The notes beneath the pieces are model-generated. The model had not been told where the DNA came from and ran no database searches. It was given only the letters and a program-made list of their open reading frames with translations. From positions 32,001-96,000 of IMG/VR virus record IMGVR_UViG_3300021255_000083: DNA of 64,000 nucleotides. One strand, given 5' to 3'. The stretch's first letter is position 1, and every line of letters begins with the position of its first letter. Shown piece by piece: positions 11,691-20,220 of this stretch. The DNA comes from a virus (taxonomy: Duplodnaviria; Caudoviricetes). Made by a program: the position numbers and the translations under genes.

Positions 11691-12359
11691 CTATATTTTA
11701 ATTTCATAATCATACAAATCTCTAAATCTTATGCCTTTATCTGCATCATACATACCAACTTTAACAGCTTTATTTAATTTTTTATCCATTACCATAAATT
11801 TTATACCATCCCACATATGTTGTATAATATCAATGTAATACCTATCATTTGGTTTAAAGGTTTCAGTAAACCCCTCTATATATTTATCTAATGTATCATA
11901 ATCAATATCATCTGTATAATTAGAAAATTTTTTCCTCCTAACTGCATCCTCTGCTCTTCGTATATCGCTTTCAACGGAAGTTAATCTACTTTGTAATTTT
12001 TGTTTTTCCCTTTTTAAATTTTCTATTTCTGTATATATTATAGGATGTGTTTTTCTATAACTACCTCCTTTTTGATATTGTTCAAATTCATTTAGAAAAT
12101 TCTTTTTATCTTCTTCTGTATCAATATGCTTTCCCATACCATTAGCTAACCAAACATATCTTGGTCCAGCTTTATCCTTTAATTCTATATACACTAAACT
12201 AGTTGTAAATCTTTCTGCCCCATATCCATCAACTTGATACTCTATCATACAAGTTTTATTTTCAATATTACCTTTAAAACTCTTAGATATTATATTATAT
12301 TTACTCATATTATCTACCCTCCAATCTAAGTATAAATCTAATTCCATTTCGTATATCAC
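11691..12359 (-). CDS. Hypothetical protein (likely start MSKYN near 12308)
   Basis: ORF track; a GGAGG RBS precedes the internal ATG. Confidence 0.55.
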   Translation of the reverse strand: MIYEMELDLYLDWRVDNMSKYNIISKSFKGNIENKTCMIEYQVDGYGAERFTTSLVYIELKDKAGPRYVWLANGMGKHIDTEEDKKNFLNEFEQYQKGGSYRKTHPIIYTEIENLKREKQKLQSRLTSVESDIRRAEDAVRRKKFSNYTDDIDYDTLDKYIEGFTETFKPNDRYYIDIIQHMWDGIKFMVMDKKLNKAVKVGMYDADKGIRFRDLYDYEIKI

Positions 12360-12621
12360 CAGATTTAGTTTTAAACTTTCCGAATGTAGGCACGCATATT
12401 AAATTAACATCTGTAGATGCTAAAAAGTCTCTAGCCAGTACTATAGAGGTTACAGCCTTATTTATGGCTAACGGTCCAATGGCTTGTATTTCTACTAAAG
12501 CATCCTCACCATAGTCTGTATAATCCTTATTAAACTTTTTACTTATAGCTGTAGCTACTTTAGTTGGTATAGAAGTTGATGAAACAAGTACTACATAGTC
12601 TGCATCATTCACTCGCTTCAC
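12310..12621 (-). CDS. spoVS: Stage V sporulation protein S homolog
   Basis: VSSTSIPTKVATAI...VEIQAIGPLAINKAV...ARDFL...LICVPTF matches the SpoVS pattern. Confidence 0.85.
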   Translation of the reverse strand: MKRVNDADYVVLVSSTSIPTKVATAISKKFNKDYTDYGEDALVEIQAIGPLAINKAVTSIVLARDFLASTDVNLICVPTFGKFKTKSGDIRNGIRFILRLEGR

Positions 12622-12781
12622 CTTCTTTCATTTGTGTAATATTTTGTTCTAGCTGTAATTGTTTAGTTCTTTCTTTTAATTTTTCCTCTTCATATGTAAA
12701 ATGTAAAACAATATATAATATTACTACTAAAGCCACAGCACCTATAAAATAATTAGATAATTCAAACTTTCCAAATTTCAT
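12605..12781 (-). CDS. Small membrane protein (58 aa), below the ORF-track cutoff
   Basis: MKFGKFELSNYFIGAVALVVIIYIVLHFTYEEEK..., GGAGG RBS, one hydrophobic helix. Confidence 0.6.
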   Translation of the reverse strand: MKFGKFELSNYFIGAVALVVILYIVLHFTYEEEKLKERTKQLQLEQNITQMKEGEASE

Positions 12782-12782
12782 A

Positions 12783-14861
12783 CTATGCCTCCATAAACAT
12801 TGTTATTAACATATCTTTTGTAATACTTTCAATAGATAAATCATAATCAACTTTTTTCTCAACTTTTCTATATAATGTTTCACTACCAGTTTCTGTCTCA
12901 ACTACAACCTCTTCCATTATTTCAGTACAAGGTTTATCAGCTATAATACAACCTGCTTCAGTTAGTAATTCACGCAATGTTAATTGGGCTTTTGGATATT
13001 CTTCACCATAGCTTATAGCCATTTTCTTAACATCTTCTTTAAATCCTGCAATACTTGTATCAGTACTAAAATTATTAAATCTTAATACTACTTTATCCTC
13101 ATTTAATGTAACATATGCTATATCTATATCTGGTATAGTTTTATATTTTGGGTCATAATCAAATTTTGTACTTATTGATGTTATTATATCATTTGGATTT
13201 ATTGTATAATTTTTTGAAACATTTTCATCAGTAGTACTTGCTATAATAAACTCATATGGTACATCGTGATTATTTTGAGTATAGTTCTTTAACTTAATTA
13301 CAAATGTTACCTCTTTTAAACTTGATTTAATTAGTAAACACTCAGTTGCACCATCAGGTAATTGTGCATCCGTCATATCCCCACTATGTACTATATCATC
13401 ACTTCTATAAGATGCATTCCAACCTATATGTTCATTTTCACCTTCTGCGTGTAAATCTAAGTCAACTCTTTGTGTATCTAGGTTTTTCCAATGCACACCT
13501 ATAACCATATTATTATTTCTAGGTATAGTAATTGTTGTGCCAATAGGGAAATTACCCAAAAATTGTTTTTCAGATGTTGGTACTGTATATTCAACATTAT
13601 CTGGTAAATAAATTGTTTTATTTCCTATAATATTATGTACCCTATTATACAAGTGTTCTTCAATTATATTTTTTAAATATAATTGAGCCTTAAATTTATT
13701 ATTTGAACTTTTACCTGCGTGTTCGATATTTTCTAAATATGCCTTACCATTTCTAATTTTATACATCGCAGTATCTACATCATTTAACCTGTATCTTATA
13801 GAGTTTAATATTCTAACCTCTCTAAATACTGTTATAGTATCTAACTTAGACTTTATATCATTAAAAGATATAGTATCTTGTGTTAATCCTGCTGCATCTG
13901 CATTATACTTAAAATATCTATTATAATAAAATTCACCTTTTTCAGAATTCATATTATATATTGATGTAAGCCTATCTAATACATCAAATGGCATATGTTT
14001 ACGATTTGTTCTAGCTGATTTTTTAGCTCTATTAATTATATGATTTAATTCCTTGTCTATCTTTGTTTTAGGGTTATGTGACTTTATTGCTACAAAAAAC
14101 TCATTTTGACTTAAAAATATTTCACCTAGTTTTTTATAGCCATATGGTTTTTGTACATAAGATTTTAATAATCTTAGTGCTTCTTCCTTATCACAATCTG
14201 ATAATACACCCAACAATTCTTTACTTTTTATTAACATTGTACTTCCAGATAATTTATAAACTAAATATCTTAAAAAGTCCATATTATTTTTAGGTACAAT
14301 ACCATATTTATCATATAGAGCTATTTTAACCTCTTTATTATTAATCTCATCAAATTTTTCCTTATCTATATAATCAGATAACATCATTACATCTTCTACA
14401 GTTTGTTTAGATAAAGCTATTCCACTTTTTAGTAATTCTAATAATCTATTACCTAATTCTAACTCTGTTAATTTTACTATAGGTATTAATTTTACATCTT
14501 CATCTAAATCAGGTACTTCAAGTTTTTCGTGTGGTATATATACTAAATCTTGATTATATAAATCCATTGCTTCTAAACCATATGTTGTAAAATAATGTAT
14601 TAATTGCTGTGCAACTAATACTTCTATTGGTGTATCTATTACTGTTTGAAATGATTTATGAAATGTTTGGTTCCATTCTTCAGGTTTTATACCATATAAT
14701 TCTATAGCACTATTTAAAACATCTTCTGATACAGGGTCTTGTATTAATAAACCATTTTCAAGAGCTTTCTGATTTACACTACCTATAAACAAACTCTTGT
14801 CATCTGTATATGCTTTAAATAATCTTAACTCAGCCTTAATTTGTTCTATATTCATAAACAA
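12783..14861 (-). CDS. Large protein with a C-terminal TerD-like stress-response domain
   Basis: IGVHW...RVDLDLH...IGWNASYR...HSGDMTDA...GATE resembles TerD-type motifs. Confidence 0.55.
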   Translation of the reverse strand: MFMNIEQIKAELRLFKAYTDDKSLFIGSVNQKALENGLLIQDPVSEDVLNSAIELYGIKPEEWNQTFHKSFQTVIDTPIEVLVAQQLIHYFTTYGLEAMDLYNQDLVYIPHEKLEVPDLDEDVKLIPIVKLTELELGNRLLELLKSGIALSKQTVEDVMMLSDYIDKEKFDEINNKEVKIALYDKYGIVPKNNMDFLRYLVYKLSGSTMLIKSKELLGVLSDCDKEEALRLLKSYVQKPYGYKKLGEIFLSQNEFFVAIKSHNPKTKIDKELNHIINRAKKSARTNRKHMPFDVLDRLTSIYNMNSEKGEFYYNRYFKYNADAAGLTQDTISFNDIKSKLDTITVFREVRILNSIRYRLNDVDTAMYKIRNGKAYLENIEHAGKSSNNKFKAQLYLKNIIEEHLYNRVHNIIGNKTIYLPDNVEYTVPTSEKQFLGNFPIGTTITIPRNNNMVIGVHWKNLDTQRVDLDLHAEGENEHIGWNASYRSDDIVHSGDMTDAQLPDGATECLLIKSSLKEVTFVIKLKNYTQNNHDVPYEFIIASTTDENVSKNYTINPNDIITSISTKFDYDPKYKTIPDIDIAYVTLNEDKVVLRFNNFSTDTSIAGFKEDVKKMAISYGEEYPKAQLTLRELLTEAGCIIADKPCTEIMEEVVVETETGSETLYRKVEKKVDYDLSIESITKDMLITMFMEA

Positions 14862-15159
14862 CTTCCCCCTCTTTTAATTCATTTTCTATATCATATTTTC
14901 ATAAATATAATTAAGCTCATTATGTATTTCATCTAACTTTTGTTTTGTTCTATTTAATTTATCATTTAACGCAATTAATCTTACTGTCTGATATGTAAAA
15001 TATGCAGTTAAAATAAATATGATTACTATTATAATACACCAAAATAATTTTTTCATAGTTAAACTACTCCAATCTATAATATCTATTATATTATTATAAA
15101 ACACTGTGTCAAAAATGACATCATTTTATCCACTTTTATTACTAGTTATTTAATTAAAT

Positions 15160-15256
15160 AGCAAGTCGAGGAGTAAACTTTTAACTAGCACTACATAAGT
15201 AGTCTAGCTAAATAATGTATTTTTCCCAAAAGACAAGGAACTCCCTTTGACTTGCT
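15160..15256 (-). ncRNA. Y-RNA-like unit 4 (closing stem with an internal hairpin only)
   Basis: GCAAGTC-AAAG-GGAGT-TCCTT...ACTCC-TC-GACTTGC terminal bulged helix shared with the neighbouring units. Confidence 0.55.
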
Positions 15257-15265
15257 TTTATAATT

Positions 15266-15394
15266 AAGTGTCGAGCAGTAACATTTGTGCGGTCGCTCTA
15301 CCAGTTGAGCTACACTATCTTACGATAATGACAGGGCTCGAACCTGTAACAAACTGCTTGGCTTCTATGTTATAAGGAACTGCATTAGACACTT
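15266..15394 (-). ncRNA. YrlA-type Y RNA (permuted tRNA mimic), unit 3
   Basis: T arm ACAGG-TTCGAGC-CCTGT, acceptor CATTATC-GTAA-GATAGTG closed by a GNRA loop, D arm GCTC-AACTGGTA-GAGC, all inside the terminal bulged helix. Confidence 0.72.
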
Positions 15395-15405
15395 TTAAAT
15401 ATTGC

Positions 15406-15484
15406 ATATGGCGAGGTGTAATACTACTTTCAATCCAAATTTGAATGCTCTACTGAGCTAATTAAGGAACACCATTAGCCATAT
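15406..15484 (-). ncRNA. Y-RNA-like unit 2 carrying a D arm and an anticodon-like arm (TTG)
   Basis: Terminal helix ATATGGC...GGTGT-TCCTT...ACACC-TC-GCCATAT around TAGCTCAGTAGAGCA and TTCAA-ATTTGGA-TTGAA. Confidence 0.55.
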
Positions 15485-15501
15485 CATTTAATAAGTCATA
15501 T

Positions 15502-15648
15502 TATAGGCGAAGAGTAGTATAGTGCTCTAGCCAACTGAGCTACAAGTCATAGGCTTCCTCGTATGAGGGCTCTTATTGACTTGGTTGGACTTGAACCAAC
15601 GACCTCTCGATTACCAGTCGAAAATTTAAGGAACTCTATTTGCCTATA
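15502..15648 (-). ncRNA. Y-RNA-like unit 1 containing a complete circularly permuted tRNA-Thr(GGT)-like body
   Basis: Order: anticodon arm TCGA-CTGGTAA-TCGA, T arm GTTGG-TTCAAGT-CCAAC, acceptor 3' CAAGTCA, insert, acceptor 5' TGACTTG, D arm GCTC-AGTTGGCTA-GAGC. Confidence 0.68.
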
Positions 15649-15658
15649 TCCTTCTATT

Positions 15659-15671
15659 ATAATATACCTCA
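15659..15671 (-). promoter_or_regulatory. Phage-specific promoter motif TGAGGTATATTAT, just upstream of the Y-RNA array
   Basis: Same motif at 21673-21685, 41501-41513, 45733-45745, 52485-52497 and a near copy at 50523-50535, each just upstream of a gene start. Confidence 0.65.
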
Positions 15672-15708
15672 AATTAAATTAATTTTTGAACAAATTTTAG
15701 CAAAAAAA

Positions 15709-16410
15709 TTATTTTTTTGCCTCTGTTACTGTATATGTACCATATTTACCAAAACTTAATTCGGTTCTTCTAGCTAGTACTCCCACTGCTAAACCAGATG
15801 CACACATCATTGCTACTAGATTTTCAGCAGAAATTAGTGCTTCATTATAATCTAAATTTAATTTAGTTTCCCAATCATTAAATTTTGAGTATACAGAAAC
15901 AACCATTGCACCCCTTGCATTTTTATTAATTGTTGGTACACACTCCATATCTACTGACGAATATGTTATAGGTGCTTTATCACCCCTAATTATAAACCAA
16001 CTTCTTGGGTCAACTAAATTTTTAGTTAAACCACTTCTATATGCTCCTTTACATATACTTTCTTTAAACGCCTCACAAGGTATATAAAATAAAGCCTTTC
16101 CTGTTTCTTTTTCTTCGTGCATTAATCTAGCTAACTCACTTTTATAATAATCATCATCATAATTATCATTAAGTGTATCAGGTTTTTTAGTTACATCTAT
16201 CCAGTGCATACTGTCAATAAATCTTCTCATATCAGAAGATTTATACTTAACTTGCGGTAACCCATTATCCTTCCTTCTTAAATTATCAATTACTGCTGTA
16301 GGTCTACACTGCATAGCTAATGGTGCTAGCCCTTTAACTGTAACTTCTAAACTTTTCCATCTGTATGTAAATTGTACCTCTTTTGTATTATCGTCTTTTT
16401 TTGTAGCCAT
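15709..16410 (-). CDS. Cas7/RAMP-like protein (Vipr-like candidate effector), 233 aa
   Basis: AAGGAGG RBS before ATG 16410; N-terminal strand LEVTVKGLAPL, YIPCEAFKESI (cf. RAMP IPGSSxKG), C-terminal Gly-rich loop SGLAVGVLARRTELSFGKYGTY; adjacent to the periodic array. Confidence 0.62.
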   Translation of the reverse strand: MATKKDDNTKEVQFTYRWKSLEVTVKGLAPLAMQCRPTAVIDNLRRKDNGLPQVKYKSSDMRRFIDSMHWIDVTKKPDTLNDNYDDDYYKSELARLMHEEKETGKALFYIPCEAFKESICKGAYRSGLTKNLVDPRSWFIIRGDKAPITYSSVDMECVPTINKNARGAMVVSVYSKFNDWETKLNLDYNEALISAENLVAMMCASGLAVGVLARRTELSFGKYGTYTVTEAKK

Positions 16411-16564
16411 AACAACTACCTCCTTATAAAATATTTTTAGATACAATAAATTTTTCACTACTTACTAAATAGACCCACTTACAACATCTATTAGTTTATT
16501 TCATTACTTAATTTAATGCTCCATACAATATATTATGATTTAATATACTCTATGGGGCATTAAA

Positions 16565-17480
16565 CCCCTCATTAACAGACTATGCTGTTCTTCAACAAAC
16601 TTTAGAAAACCTCAAACAACAAGATTGCAAATGAATGCATCGCATTGTACGCCTCTTCACTTTAACACCTGCCTCCTACCAAAATACTATATAAGTATTT
16701 TCTAATATGAAATAATTTACACTAGAAGATACTTATTTGTATCTTCTAATAAAAATATAATCAACAAAAAATTATCCCAAAACACTGAAATTTATCTTAA
16801 TGAAAACAAAATCACCCAACAGTAACACCACCACCTACCTAGATATATTAATATCTCTTGCAAAATACCAACTTTTAATATTCTCCAAGAGGTACTAATC
16901 GTACCTCATTTACAGTTTGTCACAACGTTTTACTTTGCTGCACATTAATCCACGTCACAGTAAATTAACACCTACCACCTACCAAAATACCCTATAAGTA
17001 TTTTCTAATATGAAATAATTTATACTAGAAGATACTTAATAGTATCTTCTTCGTTTTTGTAAGTGGTTCACACATTATTATAAAAAGCAGTAACCCACAA
17101 AACTAAACACCAACTTTGATAACTTTAATGTATTGTAACACCTACCACCTACCAAGATATATAAAATATCTTCTACTATAAACCATTTCACATTAGAAGA
17201 TACTTATTTGTATCTTCTTTTAAATATATTAAACACTCAACACGACAGCACTAAAAATCAATCTAAAACACATAACACTACCGCACAATATATAAACACC
17301 ACCACCTACCTAGATATATTAATATCTCACACAATTTACAACTAATTATAAACTCTGTGAGGCACTAATGTACCTCATATTACCTACAATAAATTGAGAC
17401 ATAGAAATATACAAATAAGTAAGTTACAGAATTATACATCAAACTACACTAAAGAAATACAACACCGACCACCCCCACAA
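16565..17480 (-). repeat. Six-unit non-coding guide-like array: conserved handle, 5-nt-periodic variable tract, three-hairpin linker (VIPR-like)
   Basis: Handle GGTAGGWGGY(A)GGTGTT at 17295-17310, 17137-17153, 16967-16983, 16824-16839 and 16664-16680, with a variant at 17461-17477; each is followed by 11-19 pentamers NN+DDT. Confidence 0.85.
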
Positions 17481-17487
17481 AGTACAT

Positions 17488-18021
17488 TTAAATCTGTAAC
17501 CTATCTATTGCATCAAATATATCTTTCAACTCAATTATAGATATATACTTCTGTTGCCAGTATAATAAATCTTTATATGCATCTTTTTTAAGTTGTTCAT
17601 ATGTATCTTCATTACTTACAATTCTAAATGTTGAACTATATCCTTTAGCATTTGATAAATGTGTATAAGGTTGAAAGTTTACCTTATATGTTACAGGTTT
17701 GTCGTTATTATCCCTTGCTGTAATTGTAACAACTCTCAAATTATACACAATTTGATGTATTTGTTGTAGCCTGTACTTTTTACCTGCTATAGTATCATTC
17801 CATTCAAGACCCTTATATATTTCAGAACTTTTGTTATTTTCAGCATATAGATATATGTTTTCATCTTGTAAATTACCAAACTCAGCATTAATTTCAACAA
17901 ATTCACTAAACACTTTATTAGCATCTAATTTTATTCTGCTAGCCTTCACAAACTCACACTTAGTTACATTACCCTCACTAAGCTCTTTTATATCTAAATT
18001 ATATAGCATCTTTTCTTCCAT
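17488..18021 (-). CDS. Conserved phage hypothetical protein directly upstream of the array; candidate accessory protein
   Basis: 177 aa; LEWNDTIAGKKYRLQQIHQIVYNLRVV motif; stop codon about 10 bp from the first handle. Confidence 0.6.
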   Translation of the reverse strand: MEEKMLYNLDIKELSEGNVTKCEFVKASRIKLDANKVFSEFVEINAEFGNLQDENIYLYAENNKSSEIYKGLEWNDTIAGKKYRLQQIHQIVYNLRVVTITARDNNDKPVTYKVNFQPYTHLSNAKGYSSTFRIVSNEDTYEQLKKDAYKDLLYWQQKYISIIELKDIFDAIDRLQI

Positions 18022-18023
18022 AA

Positions 18024-18254
18024 CTACCTCTTATTTTCTCTAATTATCTTCCAAATATCATAGTCATATGATACTTTACTTTCAACTTCTGTAACAACAT
18101 TTTTCAAGCACAATGTAACATCTATTACATCTTTAGCTAACATTGAATATGTATGTTGTATATCTGTTACTAGATACTTTGTATCATATTTTTGTCCTTG
18201 TATAATATCTCCTATTTCTAATGGTATCCATATATTATATCCTGCTGTTTGCAT
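18024..18254 (-). CDS. Hypothetical protein
   Basis: ORF with GGAG RBS. Confidence 0.55.
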   Translation of the reverse strand: MQTAGYNIWIPLEIGDIIQGQKYDTKYLVTDIQHTYSMLAKDVIDVTLCLKNVVTEVESKVSYDYDIWKIIRENKR

Positions 18255-18263
18255 AGCAATCTC

Positions 18264-20075
18264 CTATTCCATATTAATTTTTAAACAAGCTAATTCTGTT
18301 ACATAAACACCCTTTAATCTTGCAAGCTCTTGCTTAGCAAAGTCCATAGCTATCTCTTGTTTTATAGTAACATAATCTTTATACCAAGGTCTAAACGCAC
18401 CATATCCTCCACCACTTAACTTACAAGATACTCTATATATATTAAACCCTGCTTTCACTTGGTCTTCTGTTAATTTCAAATTAGATTTTAATTTTTTTAA
18501 ATCTTTATTTATTCTTATAGTTTTATCGTGTAACTTTACTTTTTCATCCACTTCAAAATTATTTTCTATATCTGTATCAATTGTTTCAACCATATTTGTT
18601 ATTGGCTCTTCTTGTACTGGTGGGACATAATGTTTTACTACTGCTTTTTTATAATTAGAATTACGCATTATTGCCCAATCATATTTTTTAGTCATACCCA
18701 CATCTATTCTAGGTATATACTTTGGTTGAGCATTATCTACTATAGTTTGTTTTAATTTTTTAATACAACTACTTATTGGATTATTAGGATTTACACCATT
18801 TTTTAATGTATTTAATAATGGTTTCATTTGTCTTAATGCTGTACTATCAATTTCAATATATCTTCTAAAATCTCTTAACACATACATTTTATCTTGTAGG
18901 TATGTATCCCCATTTGATGCTAATTCATTTTCCATTTCGTGTACAATATCAAATTGATAATCATTAGCTATATTAAATTGTCTATCTCTTTTCTTTATTT
19001 GATTATCAACATTTTCCATTAAGTACTCAAGCATTTCCAACATATTTATATAATCATCTACAGTATAGTTGAATTCACTATCACACTTATTTTGTTTATA
19101 TTTGGCTTCCATCGTTTTTACAACTTCTTCTTTTATTGGAGCCAATCTTATTGGGTCACCATCTTCATCTAATTCATCTTCATTAAAGTGTGGTTTATTG
19201 ATTTTAACTTCTTCTACCTTAGGTACATACTCTTCTACCTTAGGTGCTTCCTCAATACTAACCTCAATTTTCGATGGTTTACCCCATCTATTACCAACTT
19301 TGTGTGGTATATTATGTCTTGCAATTATATTATTAAAATTAGATACTGTAATATTTTTATCAGGAAATAACTGAATAATCTCCTCTCTCAATTCAGCAAT
19401 AGTTTTTTCAGTACTAGCCAACCTTACCACCTCAGATATAATATCATCTGTGTATATCTGATTTGCTCTTACTACTTTTTGTTCACTAGATTTATTAGAA
19501 GTATGCATCTTGACAGTAATTGCATCAAGCTCTTGTTTACTCTTATCTCCTTTACACATATAATTACTACCATTTGACATTTTCCTACTAAATCCAAAAA
19601 CATCTATTAGAATTCTGTAGAATTCTTGTCTCGACATAACTCCATAATGTTTTATGCTACAATAGTTCATATACTGACTGTATAGTTCAGTTGTTTTTAT
19701 AGATACAAAGCTGACATCTAAATATTTTTTAGCATTTAAAAACTCTGTAATTAATCTCTCATTAGTTTTCTTTTCTTCCATAGGTACTTTTGTTGTGACT
19801 ACTTTAGTTTGTTTAAGGTTTTCAATTTTTTCTACATCTTTATTATTTCTTCTTCTAGCCCAATCATTATTTCTAGCTCTTTGTTTTTCTAACCTTTCTT
19901 TTTCCTCTTCTGGTAAATCTATATACTTGATATATGGTAAATTTTTTGTACTTGCCATTGTCTCTCTTCGAGCACACGAAATACATTTTTTAAAATTTTT
20001 ATATCTTTCTTCATCAATATAATTTATACCACAATCAGGACATAGAATATCTTGTTTATGTAAATTCATATTCAA
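18264..20075 (-). CDS. Multi-domain protein: N-terminal zinc ribbon and a D5/primase-type winged-helix-like segment
   Basis: CPDC...CISC; ELYSQYMNYC...SRQEFYRIL...GFSRKMSNG. Confidence 0.45.
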   Translation of the reverse strand: MNMNLHKQDILCPDCGINYIDEERYKNFKKCISCARRETMASTKNLPYIKYIDLPEEEKERLEKQRARNNDWARRRNNKDVEKIENLKQTKVVTTKVPMEEKKTNERLITEFLNAKKYLDVSFVSIKTTELYSQYMNYCSIKHYGVMSRQEFYRILIDVFGFSRKMSNGSNYMCKGDKSKQELDAITVKMHTSNKSSEQKVVRANQIYTDDIISEVVRLASTEKTIAELREEIIQLFPDKNITVSNFNNIIARHNIPHKVGNRWGKPSKIEVSIEEAPKVEEYVPKVEEVKINKPHFNEDELDEDGDPIRLAPIKEEVVKTMEAKYKQNKCDSEFNYTVDDYINMLEMLEYLMENVDNQIKKRDRQFNIANDYQFDIVHEMENELASNGDTYLQDKMYVLRDFRRYIEIDSTALRQMKPLLNTLKNGVNPNNPISSCIKKLKQTIVDNAQPKYIPRIDVGMTKKYDWAIMRNSNYKKAVVKHYVPPVQEEPITNMVETIDTDIENNFEVDEKVKLHDKTIRINKDLKKLKSNLKLTEDQVKAGFNIYRVSCKLSGGGYGAFRPWYKDYVTIKQEIAMDFAKQELARLKGVYVTELACLKINME

Positions 20076-20220
20076 GTTTAACTCCTCCTCTCATATTATT
20101 ACAATTTTATTACACAAACATCATATCATAATATTTAAAAAATGTAAATACATTTTTTAAACTTTTTAAAATTTTAAAGCCACCATAAATAGATTAATGG
20201 TGACCTTAAAATATTTAATA

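Noticed and set aside
16565-17480. Canonical CRISPR array or simple satellite
   Set aside because: Units are 140-170 bp with two linker types and internally periodic variable tracts; no cas1/cas2; the pentamers differ in a position-specific way
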